Made by a program: the position numbers and the translations under genes. Shown piece by piece: positions 38,479-51,534 of a stretch of DNA of 64,000 nucleotides. Origin of the DNA: Eledone cirrhosa (lineage: Eukaryota); the NCBI GenBank assembly GCA_964016885.1, contig OZ024743.1, positions 10,292,001 through 10,356,000 on the forward strand. Direction: 5' to 3'. Below the pieces are notes generated by a model. It worked only from the letters and a program-made list of their open reading frames with translations, searched no databases and had not been told where the DNA came from. Numbering within the stretch: the stretch's first letter is position 1; each line of letters starts with the position of its first letter.

Positions 38479-40450
38479 TTACTTCTCGTAGGGAAGGACG
38501 GTTTTTTCATCCTTTTCACTGCTTGTGGCCTCCTCAGGAAGGATGTCCTTATAAATCCTCCTGGAGAGTGCTTGTCGGAAGTCTCCGATGTCTTTGGGGA
38601 ATTTTTGTTTTAGTGTCATGTACGTTTTCTGTGTGATGCGAGTGATTTGTATGTGTGGAGGTGGTGTGAATTTTGGGGTTGTTGTGTAATCTTTTTCTGT
38701 GATGCTGGTGTTGTGTTGGATGTAGTGTAATAATTGCTTGTTGTTCAAATTTAATGCTGTGTAGTGTGTATCGTTTTGGTTGTTTTGTTTTGTTTGCGTT
38801 TGTTGTGGGTTTGTTTCTGTTTCGCATTTTGGTGACTTTTGTGGTGTAGGTGATGGTGGTGTTGGGGTTAATGATGGTGATGGTGTTGGTGTTTGGGTTG
38901 ATGGGGTTGGTGATGCTGGTGTGGATGGTGGCATATCTGTCCTAACTTTTTTGTTTCTTAATTTATTTGTTTCCCTCTGTATTTTGTTTTTGGAGGGGGA
39001 AGGAAGAGAATTTTTTCTTTTTTGGTGTCTTTTTTTTTTCCGGATATCGTTTCCCACTCCTCGTCGTCACAATCTGTTTCCAGTTGTGATAGACCGGGGA
39101 GTGGAAAATCCTCCACAGCCGTTAGTTTTGGTTGTGGCGTGGTGGATGGTGTAGGCGCTGGTGCTAGTTCTGAAGCGCTGGGTGGTGGTGGTGTTGGTTT
39201 TGCTGGTGGTGGTGGTGGTGTTGGTTTTGCTACTGTTGCTGGGGTTGTTGCTGTTATAGTTGCTTCTGTTGTTGCTGCTACAGTTGTTGCTGCCATCTCT
39301 GCTACTGGTGGTGTTGATGGTTGTGTCACTGGGGTGGGTAGGAGAGGTGGCCTCAACCTTTTAGCCTGAGGGCAGAAAGCCCTTAGGTGGGTTCCTTCAC
39401 CACAAACGACACACCTAGGTCTTCTGCCCTCGACAATTACCGTGAGGTGGCTGCCGTCAGTGAGGTCTATTACCTCTGGGATCTCCTCAATGCTTTTTTG
39501 GTCCGCTTGGATCAGGAGCTCCATCCCAGATCCGGACCAGTTTTCCTGCTTTTCTTTTGCTATTGCTATTATTTTCGTGTTGGCCTCGATGCCGGCGAGG
39601 ACGGCCGCTATTAGCCAGGGAATTTCGATGGCCGGTGGAACGTGGGTCACCCTGATCTTTACGAGTCTCTGGCCACAATAGCTTGGGACGAGTGTGAAGT
39701 CGTCACTTTTTAATGGGGCCATGGAGTGTTCTCTAGCCTCCTCTGGTGTTTCAAAGAACACGTCCACGGTTCCATACTTTTGCCCACGTCTGATGTGGGT
39801 TTTTCTTGCCCACACATGTCCCAAAGCTTTTTGGATTTGGGACTCGGATGCCCGTTCCACTCGGCGCGATTTTACATTTATTGTTCTATACGACACGGTG
39901 CATAGGCGCCGATGCTCCATTTTATTAGGTGGGGGGGGGCTGACCCTGTACCCATCTTTCTTTACCATTTGTTTGGCATTTTCTAAATCTTCCTGAGTTA
40001 CCGTAAATGCTTCGAATTGTTTTGCTACTCTGGCGAAACTGAGGGGGGGCGTTATAATGTCATTGTTGTTGTTGTTGCTATCGTTAATATTAATTTTAGT
40101 TTCAGTTGTGGTGGTGGTGACGTCAGTCGTCTTTGGTGGGGAAGAGTCCATTTTGCTTGATTTCATTTCGACATCACGAGTTAATTTATTTTTTTCTTCT
40201 TTTGTTTCTGTTGTCGCGGTGGTGGTGGTGGTGGTTGTCGCGGTGGTGGTGGTGGTGGAGGCTTTAACACCTGCAGTCATTGGTAATGGCGGGAAATGAA
40301 TGTCTGCCTGAGACAAATTTAAAATATTGCTACTGCTTATATTTTTTTTGTGTTGGCAAACGTAGTAACATTTACAATGGTGGTGTCGGTGTGAGGTGTT
40401 AATTTGTGAGGAAGGCTTTCAGCTGCTTGTTGCAGAGGTGAATTAGCCAT
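38479..40450 (-). pseudogene. Tx1 ORF1 (nucleic-acid-binding, CCHC knuckle, Thr/Pro-rich linkers), split at two A-runs
   Basis: CVVCGEGTHLRAFC = CX2CX4HX4C; adding one base to each homopolymer (40342-49, 39030-39) gives a single 657-aa frame from the ATG at 40450. Confidence 0.75.
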
Positions 40451-40657
40451 TTTTTTCAAAGAAATTTTTTGATAATAATAAAAGTTAAAATTTTGGGCAC
40501 AAGGCCCCAATCTTTTTAGGTGTCCTTTTCGGAAAACAATGTATGTGTGCTTATAAACAATTAACAATAACATTTTCCATAAATGGCAATTTTTAAACAA
40601 ACGGAAATAACAAACCTTTGCGGAGCTCACGATGATACGATTTACTACGTAGGTCGC

Positions 40658-40706
<49 letters not shown>
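40658..40706. repeat. (AAT)n: SINE-M tail and Tx1 5' junction
   Basis: Directly visible. Confidence 0.95.
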
Positions 40707-40843
40707 TGTTTCTTATATAGGCACAAGGCCAGCAATTTTGGGGGAGGGGAAAGTCGATTAAATCGGACCCAGTGTGTGACTGGTACTTTATTTTATCGAC
40801 CCCGTAAGGATGAAAGGCAAAATTAACCTCGGCAGGATTTGAA

Positions 40844-40848
<5 letters not shown>
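40705..40848 (-). mobile_element. 5'-truncated SINE family M
   Basis: Matches 60388-60525 and 15228-15365. Confidence 0.8.
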
Positions 40849-40885
<37 letters not shown>

Positions 40886-43350
40886 GTTTAACGTCCATAT
40901 TCCACGCTTGCATGGGTTTGGACGGGAGTTTTCCCACTTGAGGCAAGAGTGGTTGTCTTGCTCGCATAGGACTGTCAGGTGGGTTTTCTACGGCTGGATG
41001 CCCTTCCTAACACCAACCACATTTACAGTGTGGGACTGGGAGGTTTTTACCGTGTTACCTACACGGCCACATTACAGCGTGGACTGTGTCTTTTTTGTCG
41101 TGACACCAACACGACCTCATTTGTTTCGGGCTGGATGTTGTGGTACCAACATAACTTTACATTGAAAGGAGTGGTGTGGATAGGGTGGAGGTAGTGGGAC
41201 AGGGTGTATTTTGTTAGAGGTGCCTACTGACTGTAGTAGGTTTCACTTTGTACTTAGGTAAGGCGGGTCTTCTCTATTACTGTGTAGCGCCAAAGCTCCC
41301 GGTCCAGTGATATTGTCTTTGAGAGGTGTAAGTGTGTGAGGTCGGAATTTATCAAGTCATCCCAGGTTTTTCTGGGTCTGCCTACTCCGTGGCTACCATC
41401 TATTTTTATTGCCCTGCACTTTTTTATACAGCTGTCGTCTTTCATGCACATCACGTGGCCATACCAACGTAGTCTTCTCTCGAGTAAACAACATCTGATC
41501 CCTCTTATTTCTAATTTCTCCCTTAGTACGTTTATGCTTTGCCGTTCACGTATATTATTATTACACATCCAGCGGAGCATGCAAGCTTCGTTTCTCTCCA
41601 GTCTGCGTATATCCTCTGCACACAATGCCCAAGTCTCACTGCCATGTAACATTGCTGTTTGTATGCAGGCATCATACAGCCTGCCTTTCATTTTTAGAGA
41701 GAACCCTTTAGCGGCCAATAGTGGTATAAGCTCTCTGAACTTTTTCCATCTCGTTCTGACTCTAGCTACTGTACTTTCAGAGCACCCTCCACCACTGCTG
41801 ATTTTGTCACCCAGGTAACAGAAGGTATCCACTATTTCTATAGAACCATCTGTGCAATGGAATGAGCTAGTATTCTGTGGGCACTTGCTGCTACTTATTG
41901 CACCTGAGCACCGGCCACATATAAAATCTATATTCTTAGTTAGCTTACCTGTGATCCCACTACATCTTTTATGTCCCCATACTTTGCATTTGGGACATAA
42001 AATGGAGTTTCTACCTACTCCTTTCCTACACACTGAGCATGGCCATTTCCCAGATGGGACCGGTGCCCTATTTTCCTTCCTACAAACTAGAACTTTAGTC
42101 TTAGACAAGTTAACTTTAAGGCCTTTTGATTCTAGGCCATGCTTCCATGTTTGGAATTTCTTCTCTAGTTCAGCCATTGATTCAGCTATGAGCATTAGAT
42201 CATCTGCATATAGGAGTTCCCATGAGCAGCCGGTCTTGAACTCCTCTGTTATAGCCTGAAGGGCAATAATAAATAGTAGGGGTCTAAGGACGGAGCCCTG
42301 ATGAACACCATCTTTTACGCTAAACTCTTCACTATATTTGTTGTTAATTCTAACCTTGCTGACTGTCTCTTTATACATGGCTTGTATAGCTCTCACAAGC
42401 CATTCATCAACACCTAGTTTTCTAAGGGCCCACCAGATAATCGAGCGCGGTACTCTGTCAAAGGCTTTCTCCAAGTCAACAAAACTAAGTATAGGGGTTT
42501 ACTTTTAGCTTGGTACTTCTCCTGTAGTTGTCGTACAATGAAAAGAGCATCTGTTGTACTTTTACCTGACACAAACCCGAACTGCATTTCATCTAGATCA
42601 ATTCGCTCTCTGATTAGTTGCGCTATTACTTTTTCTGTGACCTTCATGACCTGGTCAATTAATTTAATGCCTCTATAGTTTCCCCTATCTAGGGCATCAC
42701 CTTTACCCTTGTAGCAGTTAATGATGATGATGCTGCGCCAGTCCTTCAGAACAACCCCATTCTGTATGACTTGGTTTACTATCCAGGTGACCATAGTGTG
42801 TCCCACTGTTCCAGATGCTTTCAGCATTTCGGCAACTATTTCCGAAGGCCCGGCCGCCTTACCCGTCTTCATGTCTTTGATCGCCTTACTTATTATACTA
42901 CCTTCAACTTGCACTGCTGGTCCTTCTATTATTCTCCTCATTTAGTAGCCTTTCGTAGTGACACTTCCAAGCTACCTTCTTATCAGCGTCAGTGATGCAA
43001 GTACACCATCATCATTTAGGACACACTTCTCCCCGACAATATCACTGTTTTCCTTGACACATTGCGTAGCAATCCTGAACACCTCACGTTTTTGGTCCTC
43101 GCGTTGTAGAACATGCTTGAACTTTCTTTCCTCTGCTTCCCTTTTTGCGAAGTACACTTGTCTCCTAGCTTCCCCCCTGGCCACTTGATAGTCTTCTCTA
43201 CTTCCCCCATCCCGCCATGCTTTCCAAGCCTGCTTTTTGGCCTTGATTGACCTCTCCACCTTACTGTTCCACCACCAAGTTACTCTCCTCCTGCCTATAG
43301 GCCTGCTCCAACCACAGGTTTCATCTGTCGCCTTCAGCAGGTTAGCTTTC
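40849..43350 (-). mobile_element. 5'-truncated RTE LINE (RT + PHD) with 7-bp TSD AATTCAT
   Basis: KAFDRV, GVHQGSVL, YADD, C4HC3; (GAT)n tail; TSD at 40842-48 and 43351-57; small deletion near 42930. Confidence 0.9.
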
Positions 43351-43364
43351 AATTCATAATAATA

Positions 43365-43872
43365 ATTGTTATTTATTTATTGGCCTCTAAGGCCCAAAAT
43401 ATTAAGGACAATACAAATTAACAAGGACAGTGGGGATTTAAATAAAAAGAGTAAACAGAAGAACAGATACCAAATCAACAATATTATAACAAGATTCTCC
43501 CAGTAGATGGAACACTAGCCAAGGGTAATTAAGATCATCATGATCATCAAGGGAACCATAGATGAGTGCCATTCTCTCCTGTATTCTCTCCAACCTACAT
43601 GCTTAGATTAGGCCTATTCACTTTACCCACCTATTAAAAGATACACTAGAACACCACTTTTTTTCCACCCTCATCTTTTTTTCCAAGTGGAACCTGAAAA
43701 AGTTAATGAGCTCTTATCTGAAGAGGAATGTGCTTGTCTTTAGTCCTTTCAGTCTTTTTCACCACACAAGCTTTTTTGGCATAACCACCTGAGTAAAAGA
43801 TGGCTGGCCTTTCCAACTAAAAAATGTTGTGAGGTGATCTTCATGATGAAGTCAGCTGATAGCTTAATTCAT
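43365..43872 (-). pseudogene. Old Tx1-family 3' relic (continues at 47000-47125), next to short (AAT)n
   Basis: AAAAAGTTAATGAG...GAAGAGG and GTCAGCTGATAGCT match 35158-35330; 47005-47125 matches 35337-35465. Confidence 0.65.
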
Positions 43873-46800
43873 TGAACTCAGCACAACATGAAAGCTTTAG
43901 TCTGCGTGATGAAGGGCAGATCTGGAGGTTTGTTAAGGCTGGTGAAACGTGGAAGAGAGATACCAGCTGGTCTGAGTGCGCTCTACCAACAATAGTTGGC
44001 AATGAAAAAACTGCAACAACTCTGGGAAACTAAACCAGAACAACCTGACATCCTCTACACACCATCATAAACTGCAAGCAGGGTACAAATTGTTGTCCTT
44101 AAATGCTCGCAGTTTATACAAGATACATCTGTTTAACTCCTACGTCAGAAGTATCGACCTTGACTTCATCACAGTCACGGAAACATGGGCACATTCCTTA
44201 CTCTGTGATGGGGTTTTCAGCATGACTGGGTACAACCTGTTCTGCAAGGACCACATTAATCGCCGTCGTGGTGGTGTGATGGTCTACGTTTGTTCAAACT
44301 TTTCGGTAATTCCTTGCGTTGATTTGAACGAATCACAAGAAGAAGTTTTTTTCTGTGACATACGTATGACCATGTCAACACTTCTGCTTGGTGTTGTTTA
44401 TCGCCCCCCCCCCCCACCAAACTACCATCAGGACACACAGCTTTGCGATATCCTCAGAGCTGCTGCCAGGAAAACAGCCACTTATGTGTTTATTGCAGGT
44501 GACTTCAATCATCCTGAGATCGATTGGAAAACCTTTCGTTGGTCACAAAGTGCAAAAGATTTCCTTGAGCTAGTGCTGGACTCAAACTGGTCACAAGTAG
44601 GCACCTCTCCAATTAGAGGTGACAACACTTTGGACCTGATCTTCACCACTACTCCTGAAGTGGTTATCAGTTGTACTACTGAGGAACCTCTAGGTGACTC
44701 TGATCATGCTATCATCATTGCCAATCTGGCTCTTGCAGGCAGCAACAAAAACCAGAACCATCTCCAATCTGCTTGCTTTGATTGGAAGCAAGCAGATTGG
44801 AACTTGTACTGCACTGAGCTACAGTGCCCAAACTGGCATGAGTTCTATAACTCTGGAGATGTGAACACTATACTCCAGAGCATCCTGGACTCAATATAGA
44901 TAGCGTGTGCAGTATCAGTGCCACGTAAGCAGAAAAAAACACCAAGTGCAATTTGGGGAACTTCAGCGATCCGACTTGCCAGGAAAGAACGTTGGAATGC
45001 TGAACGGGAATATAAACTGCATAAATCAGATGCCAACAGAAAAAAGCGGAATAAATCTTCCAACCATCTCAAGCCAGTGACAAAAAAGGCAGTGCTTGAA
45101 TTTGAACAGTGAATAACAACCAATCCTGACAGTAAGGTGTTCTGGAAATATGTACATTCAAAGCAAAGACCTCACTCTCCAGTTGGTCCTCTTCGTAATC
45201 CCCACACAAGCCAGATCACTGACGATCCCAAAGAATGCGCAGAACTGACTGCTGAGTGCTATGCAAGCATTTTTACTGTTGAAAACCAGAATGTACCATC
45301 TCCACCATCTCTAACATCAAATTCCATAACAATTATGGAATTTACATCTGCAATGCTGCGATGTCACCTTAAGAATAAGCACAACTATGCCTCCCCTGGT
45401 CTTGATGGTGTTACATACCTGCTTCTCAAACGTGGTGGGTACTTCCATTTGCACCAGCTTTCTTTCTTCTTTCAATACTGTCTCAACAATGGTACTACTC
45501 CGGAGCAGTGGAAAACTGCCAGTGTCATTCCCCTGTTCAAAAAGGGTGACTGCACGTCACCTGTCAACTATCGTCCAGTCAGTCTTAATAGCTGTATTGC
45601 CAAACTGATGGAATCCTGTGTCAGAGAAACACTTTGGAACTTCTGGAGCTCTCACAGCCTCATCCGACCCTTGCAATTTGGATTTATCCCTAACTCCAGC
45701 TGCTGTGATAAGCTTATTGAGTTCCTTGAAGACATTACCTGGATCACTGACAGCGGCTCATGGGTGGATGTTGTTTACCTTGACTTTGCTAAGGCTTTTA
45801 ATTCTGTGCCACACAAAAGACTTATGGCGAAACTCTCTGCAATGGGTGTGAGGGATGATCTTTTTAACTGGTTGAAATCCTTCATTCTCAGCCGAAAAGA
45901 GGTAGTCACGGTTCTAGGACAGCATTCTTCACCATATGAGATGTCATCTTGGTCCCCTTTTGTTTGTGGCATAGATGCCAACTTAATGACATAGATGCCA
46001 ACTTAATGACATAGATGCCAACTTAAAGAATGCCATGGTACTGAAATATGCAGATGACATCAAGCTGTACCTTGAAATCAAAAGGACTGATCCTGAAATT
46101 TACAACTCTTTCCTACAATCAGACCTGGACACAATGCAGCAATGGATCACAGACTGGCAACTGAAGCTGGCTGTGGACAAGTGTACCACCATGCATTTTG
46201 GGAGGAAAAACCCAGCGTTCACATACTCCCTCCACAACACTGGTATCAAGAAGTCTTCTTGTGAATGTGACCTGGGCATTACTGTCAGCAGCGATATGCA
46301 TTGGACAAAGCACGTCTCTAAGATTGTCAAGAAGGCCGAGGGTGTCTTGGCATCACTCAGCAAGACCTTTGTTAGCCGCTCTCCAACCATCTATTTAAAG
46401 CTGTATACAGCTATGATACGACCACACTTGGAATTCGCATCATCAGTCTGGAACCCCTATCTTGCTCAGATCATTCACCTCCTGGAAACTGTTCAGAGAC
46501 GTGCAACCAAGCGCATACCCTCCATCAGACACCTACCATACTCTGAACGCCTTGCTTCCCTGGGCATGGATTCATTGAAGCTCTGACATCTGGCAATGGA
46601 CTTGGTAAACACCCACAAAGTTATTAACCATCTCACCAACAACAACCCTGAGCACCTTTTTGATCTCCATGTGTCTAACACACGTGGACATGCCTACAAA
46701 ATCAGAAAACAGCACAGCTCCCATGACTTTCGAAAACATTTTTTCACGCTTAGAGTTGCTGAAGCATGGAACAAATTGCCTGCATCAGTTGTTAGCTGCC

Positions 46801-46999
46801 GAGACACTGCATCCTTTAAAAACCTCATGCTTCCCGAAATTCGCCAAAACTACACCTGATGTCCCCCTTCCATACACATGCACACATGTATATATCATTT
46901 TCCTGACGTTGTACATTACCCTATGTACTATACATACACTTTTGATGAGTTGTAGTGCACCTGAGCACTGTACACAATATTTCCATTATTATCATTATT
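43873..46999 (+). mobile_element. CR1-group LINE (ORF2 APE + RT, disrupted), (CATTATTAT)n tail, TSD ATTCAT
   Basis: LNARS, VTETW, GVVYRPP, GDFNHP, LDLIF, SDH; FWKYV; NYRPVSL, LDFAKAF, YADDIKL, RPHLEF, VQRRATK, TRGH..K, AWNKLP; ATTCAT at 43867-72 and 47000-05. Confidence 0.9.
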
Positions 47000-48113
47000 A
47001 TTCATCCTACATGATAACAACTGTTTGTCAAAAAGGTAAAGGTCAACATTGCTCGGACAAGTAGATGCCAAATGGTTTCATCATTCTGTGTGCATCTCTG
47101 ATAGGCCTATTTAACAGCACTTCCAAACCAGTCACAATAGCTCATACATACAAAATGCATTAAGAGGGCCTATAAAATATGTGAGGCTGGACACATAAAA
47201 GTTACATAAACAATGTGTGGAAGTGTAAGGATATTTTACAGTAGATGTATAAAAAATATAATAAAAACAGAATAAATATAAAATTATATAAAAACCACAA
47301 TAATTGAAACAGAACATATTAAATAATGAAAAACATTTAAGGTATCCCATCCACCCACATGTGACAAACTAATAGCTAGGTCCAATTAGAATACCCCACA
47401 AATATACCCACTAGCTATACATTATATTGGAGCTGAGGGCATCCAAATGCAACTATTGGCATTTCTTTGGTGGCTTTATCTATATATTGTCCCACGAAAA
47501 TATGTTACATGCTCATAAACTTCTTCGATGGCCTCAATCAAAAGTCTATCTTCCAACTACTCACAGCTGAGCTTTCCCCCCTGTACCATTAATCCCATCA
47601 CTTTTGTCTCTATGCACACAATAGAAAATAGATCTGGAATAGCCCTGTCATCTTAAGGGATAATAAGAACTTTGACTCCTACTTACCATGGGTTGCTCAT
47701 CACCACCCCTGCATCACACTTACATATATTATGCTACAAAGAACACAACAAACTAAGGAGCAATTACACCACCAATGTCCCTGACTGTCACCTTTGTATT
47801 CTACTGTCCCATGTACTGATGTATGAATCTATGGGTGAATATTTTGCATGCTATCTCAACCTGATGTTGCCCTTCAGTCATGGTATGGAGAGTTCATCAT
47901 ATGGTGCCATAAACCTTGCCCTGTTCCATGGATACAGATGCTGATCTACAAAATATCCTCAATCTGTGAAAATTGTGCTTATCAAAGTGCATGTGGGTTT
48001 CTGTGTGGCCTTACTTCTACTGATATTGTTATTGCTATTGTTATTGCTCCTGTTGTTGTTACTGCTACCATAAAATTCATCAACCCCCACCTCTCGTTGT
48101 TCCCTTCTTTTTA

Positions 48114-48157
<44 letters not shown>

Positions 48158-48599
48158 CAAAACCAAAACAAGTTTGTTCACACATTTCTGTTCGGCATCT
48201 GCAGAAATGTTTTTTTTTCTTTTTATCTTGTCACCATTGTGTTGTGTGCAAAACAAGTCAAACCAAAACTGTTCTTTCAAAACAAATATGTTTTTTCTCA
48301 AACGGAGTAAAGATAACTAAATGAACTCTTACCTTACCTTGTAAACATATTCACATGGCACGACATGAATAATAAATATCCAGTTCCTTGAAGAATCAAC
48401 AATATGAAATCTAAAGCGAGGAGCAGAGGAAAAGATGCTTTGCCATGGCAAGCAACAAAAAACAGCAACTACAATAACAGCAGCAACAATAATAATATGA
48501 TAATGGTTTCTAATATAGGCACAAGGCTAGTCATTAGAGTGGAAGGGAAGTTGATAATGATTCCAATACTGGACTAAGATTTCATTTTGTCAACTCCAG

Positions 48600-49400
48600 A
48601 ATGAAGAAAGGATGATGATGACCATTGCCAACTTCTTTGCTAACAGCTTAGCCAAAAGTTTAAACTCTGTGTTGAACAGAGTTATGGGACAGAGATTTTT
48701 AATTACAGCTCATTGTTCATGTCTTTTCTTTTCAGTGTTACTAATCCCAAGCTTACAGAACTAGGAATTCTAGTAATCTATGTCTCCTATGTACACCTAG
48801 GCTTTACACAGCACTAAACATCTCCTGTAAAGTGTCGTGCCCAACTGTCAAACTAGGAACTATAGTCCATCACCATCTCTGTCTTCCCACTTACCCTGAA
48901 CAGTTTTGAAAAGTGTTGTTGGATAGCTGCAAACATTTGCTTGGAATCAAGCAGCATGTTGCCATCTTGGTCCATCAAAGACCGAATTGGAGCTTTATTG
49001 CCATGCTGTACCTCTACCATTTGGATCAATTGATCAGCTTTCATTCCATCATGTCTTAGAATATGTGGCTCAGTTCTGATGATGCTAACTTTGTTTTTCA
49101 CATTGAAGAAATCATCTAGTGCCATTCTTGCAGCTTGCACATTGGTTGCAGTGCCACTCTAAATCACCTCTCTATTTTTTATCTATCGCAAACTTCTTTA
49201 CTAAAAGCTAATGGTTCTACTGTAGTTGCTCTTTTGAGAGCACACCACCACCTGTTGCTGACAATTGTCCCTGTCACTTACTTACTTATTGTCCCTGTTA
49301 CTTGCCTAATGTGCTAATCTGCTTTCTGAAGGCTTTATTCATTGGGAATGATGCATTAAGCTTCCAGTAACTGGGTCCCTGTCTCTGTGTTCTGTCTATT
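48600..49400 (-). pseudogene. Old Tx1 ORF2 relic (EN-RT linker)
   Basis: AARMALDDFFN...LRHDGMKA...GNKAPIRSLMDQDG...QQHFSKLF aligns to 37200-37480; GPSYWKLNAS near 49350-49380. Confidence 0.75.
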
Positions 49401-50399
49401 TGGTCATGCAAAAGCACCCAATCTTAAGCTGGTAGATGTTACAAAGGCAACTCATTGAAGGCAAGGAAATGTCTGATATAAAACCTCCATGAGATAAGTA
49501 TACTAGATTGGTGTTCAGCATGGGATAACCTGCTTAGCTAAATGTAGATAGGAATTATTAAGTCTTGGTTCACAACCTGTTTATAGATGGTACCTAGTAA
49601 AAAGATTGGTTTTTGTGGGACCTTACCCACAATCCCTCCATGTCATTATGATAACTTATCACAAATCTTACCCCATCAGTCATCATTTGGGTCAACAACG
49701 GCTGTATTGCTCTGAAGGGATATAATCTGAGGTTAAAAATATGCTACTGGAACAAACCCCTTCACAAACAGTAAGGCTTTTGGTCAAGAAAACCAGAACA
49801 ATTCCAACTTTCAAACATCGAACTCTCCATCAAATAAATCTTCTATAAGTTTTGGATTCCCAAAGAGTAAATCCTGCCTCTTACATCACAAATCAAACCT
49901 AGAATATCTAGAGGTAAAACATTGGGAATGATGCAAGGATGTACAAAGGTGCAATTAAACTCTATGATATCTGTATGGATATCATTCAAAATAACATGCT
50001 TACCAGAGCAGAATTGGATCAAATAAAACTAAATGTTAAGTATACCACAAGAAACTGCCCATTATCAAAGATAATGTATTTATTGAAGTTCATAATAAGT
50101 TATATCCTGAAGAAGTCAACCAAAAACTGATAGGAATAAAGGACAACATAATGTAGATCACTGATAACCAGTCTGAACATCTGGACACGGGAGTAAACAA
50201 CATAAATTCTGAAAAACATGGAGAACATGAAATTAAATTACCCCCAGAATATTTCACAAAAAAGAGAGATGAAGTCACAGCACCAAAAAAATAACATAAT
50301 TGAGGCAGTAAGCAGAGCCAGTCATGTGGAATTGTATGACAAGTTAAAGTCCAATCCATAAATGTAACAAGAAAATTATTGATACATATAATTCTGCAA

Positions 50400-51480
50400 T
50401 ATAAGAATATCTTGGTATTTGTGATCATCAAGATATAAGTATGCTAAACTGTATTATATATGCATCAGAACTATAACTGAAAAAACTGAACATAAGCATA
50501 AACACTCAAAACAGGCCTAAAAACACCTGCTTGGAAAATAGAAATAGAGAAAGAAATAGAGGTACTGATGTGAGGAATCTCTATACTTCATGAAATGTCA
50601 AATAACTACCTGGAAATCCAGAAAAGTAGAATGAAATTAGAAAGTAACAGACACACACAACATATTAGAAATAAAAGAATCATTGATGCAATAACTACAA
50701 GGAAAGTAAGAAAGGTTAAGATGGTATGGAAAAAGAACAACATTTTATAGTCTAAACAAGATTTTTTTTTAAACAAATACCAAAAGATTCTATAGAGAAA
50801 TAGGAAAACATGAAATAGAAATAAAAAGTCACCTTCAATGAAAGAGGTACAAGCATTCTAGAAAAATATCTTGAGTAATCTAAAGGAATACAATGAAAAT
50901 GCTGAGTTTATTGAATGGCAGAAAGTACAAATAAAGGGTACTTTAACACAAGAGTGAAGTAATATCACAAAAAAGAATGTCAAAATCGATTAAAAGAGAT
51001 CTAAAAATGGAAATCACCTGGCCATGACAATGTGTCACACTTTTGGCTTCATTGCCTTACACACAGTTTGATGGCAAAAATTCTATCAAAAATAATTTCT
51101 GCAATGAAGATACTTGCCTGGATCACAAAGGGAATAACATTCCTTTTATCTCAAAATGGAAAAACTGATGAACCTAAGAATTACAGACTAACATGGTGGT
51201 TCACAACATATAAACTTTTACCATCAATAATTAATTACCTTGTCTACTCATTTCTACAAGAAAACAATGTCTTACCTATAGAGAAAAAGCAGTGCTAACA
51301 GGATCATAAGGGTATGATAATAAACAAAATGATACTAGAAAATTGCTCTACAAAGAAAATAAATCTCAATACAGCCTGGATAGAGTATCCAAAGGCATTT
51401 GATAATGTCCCCTATTCACAGATTCTTCAATCAATTGAAATTTACAAAATATCCCCAATAATTATAAATTTTTTGCAAAA
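50400..51480 (+). pseudogene. Old R4/Dong-like RT relic
   Basis: KWKSPGHDNVSHFWL, WITKGITFLL...PKNYR, LPIEKK, AWIEY-KAFDNVP; colinear with 61340-61770. May extend further upstream. Confidence 0.7.
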
Positions 51481-51534
51481 ATATATATGATACTCTCTAA
51501 AATGCTTGGTTAGAATGATTAATGATATACATTA

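Larger units (their letters stand above)
34785..40657 (-). mobile_element. Full-length Tx1/L1-clade non-LTR retrotransposon inserted in (AAT)n
   Basis: 5' UTR, ORF1 with CCHC knuckle, ORF2 with APE-RT-CCHC, 3' UTR with AATAAA a few nt before (ATT)n; (AAT)n directly at both ends. Confidence 0.9.

Noticed and set aside
36043-40299. Plus-strand ORFs overlapping the Tx1 element
   Set aside because: Antisense shadows of GC-rich coding sequence with no motifs; the same applies to antisense ORFs over RTE, CR1 and Dong.
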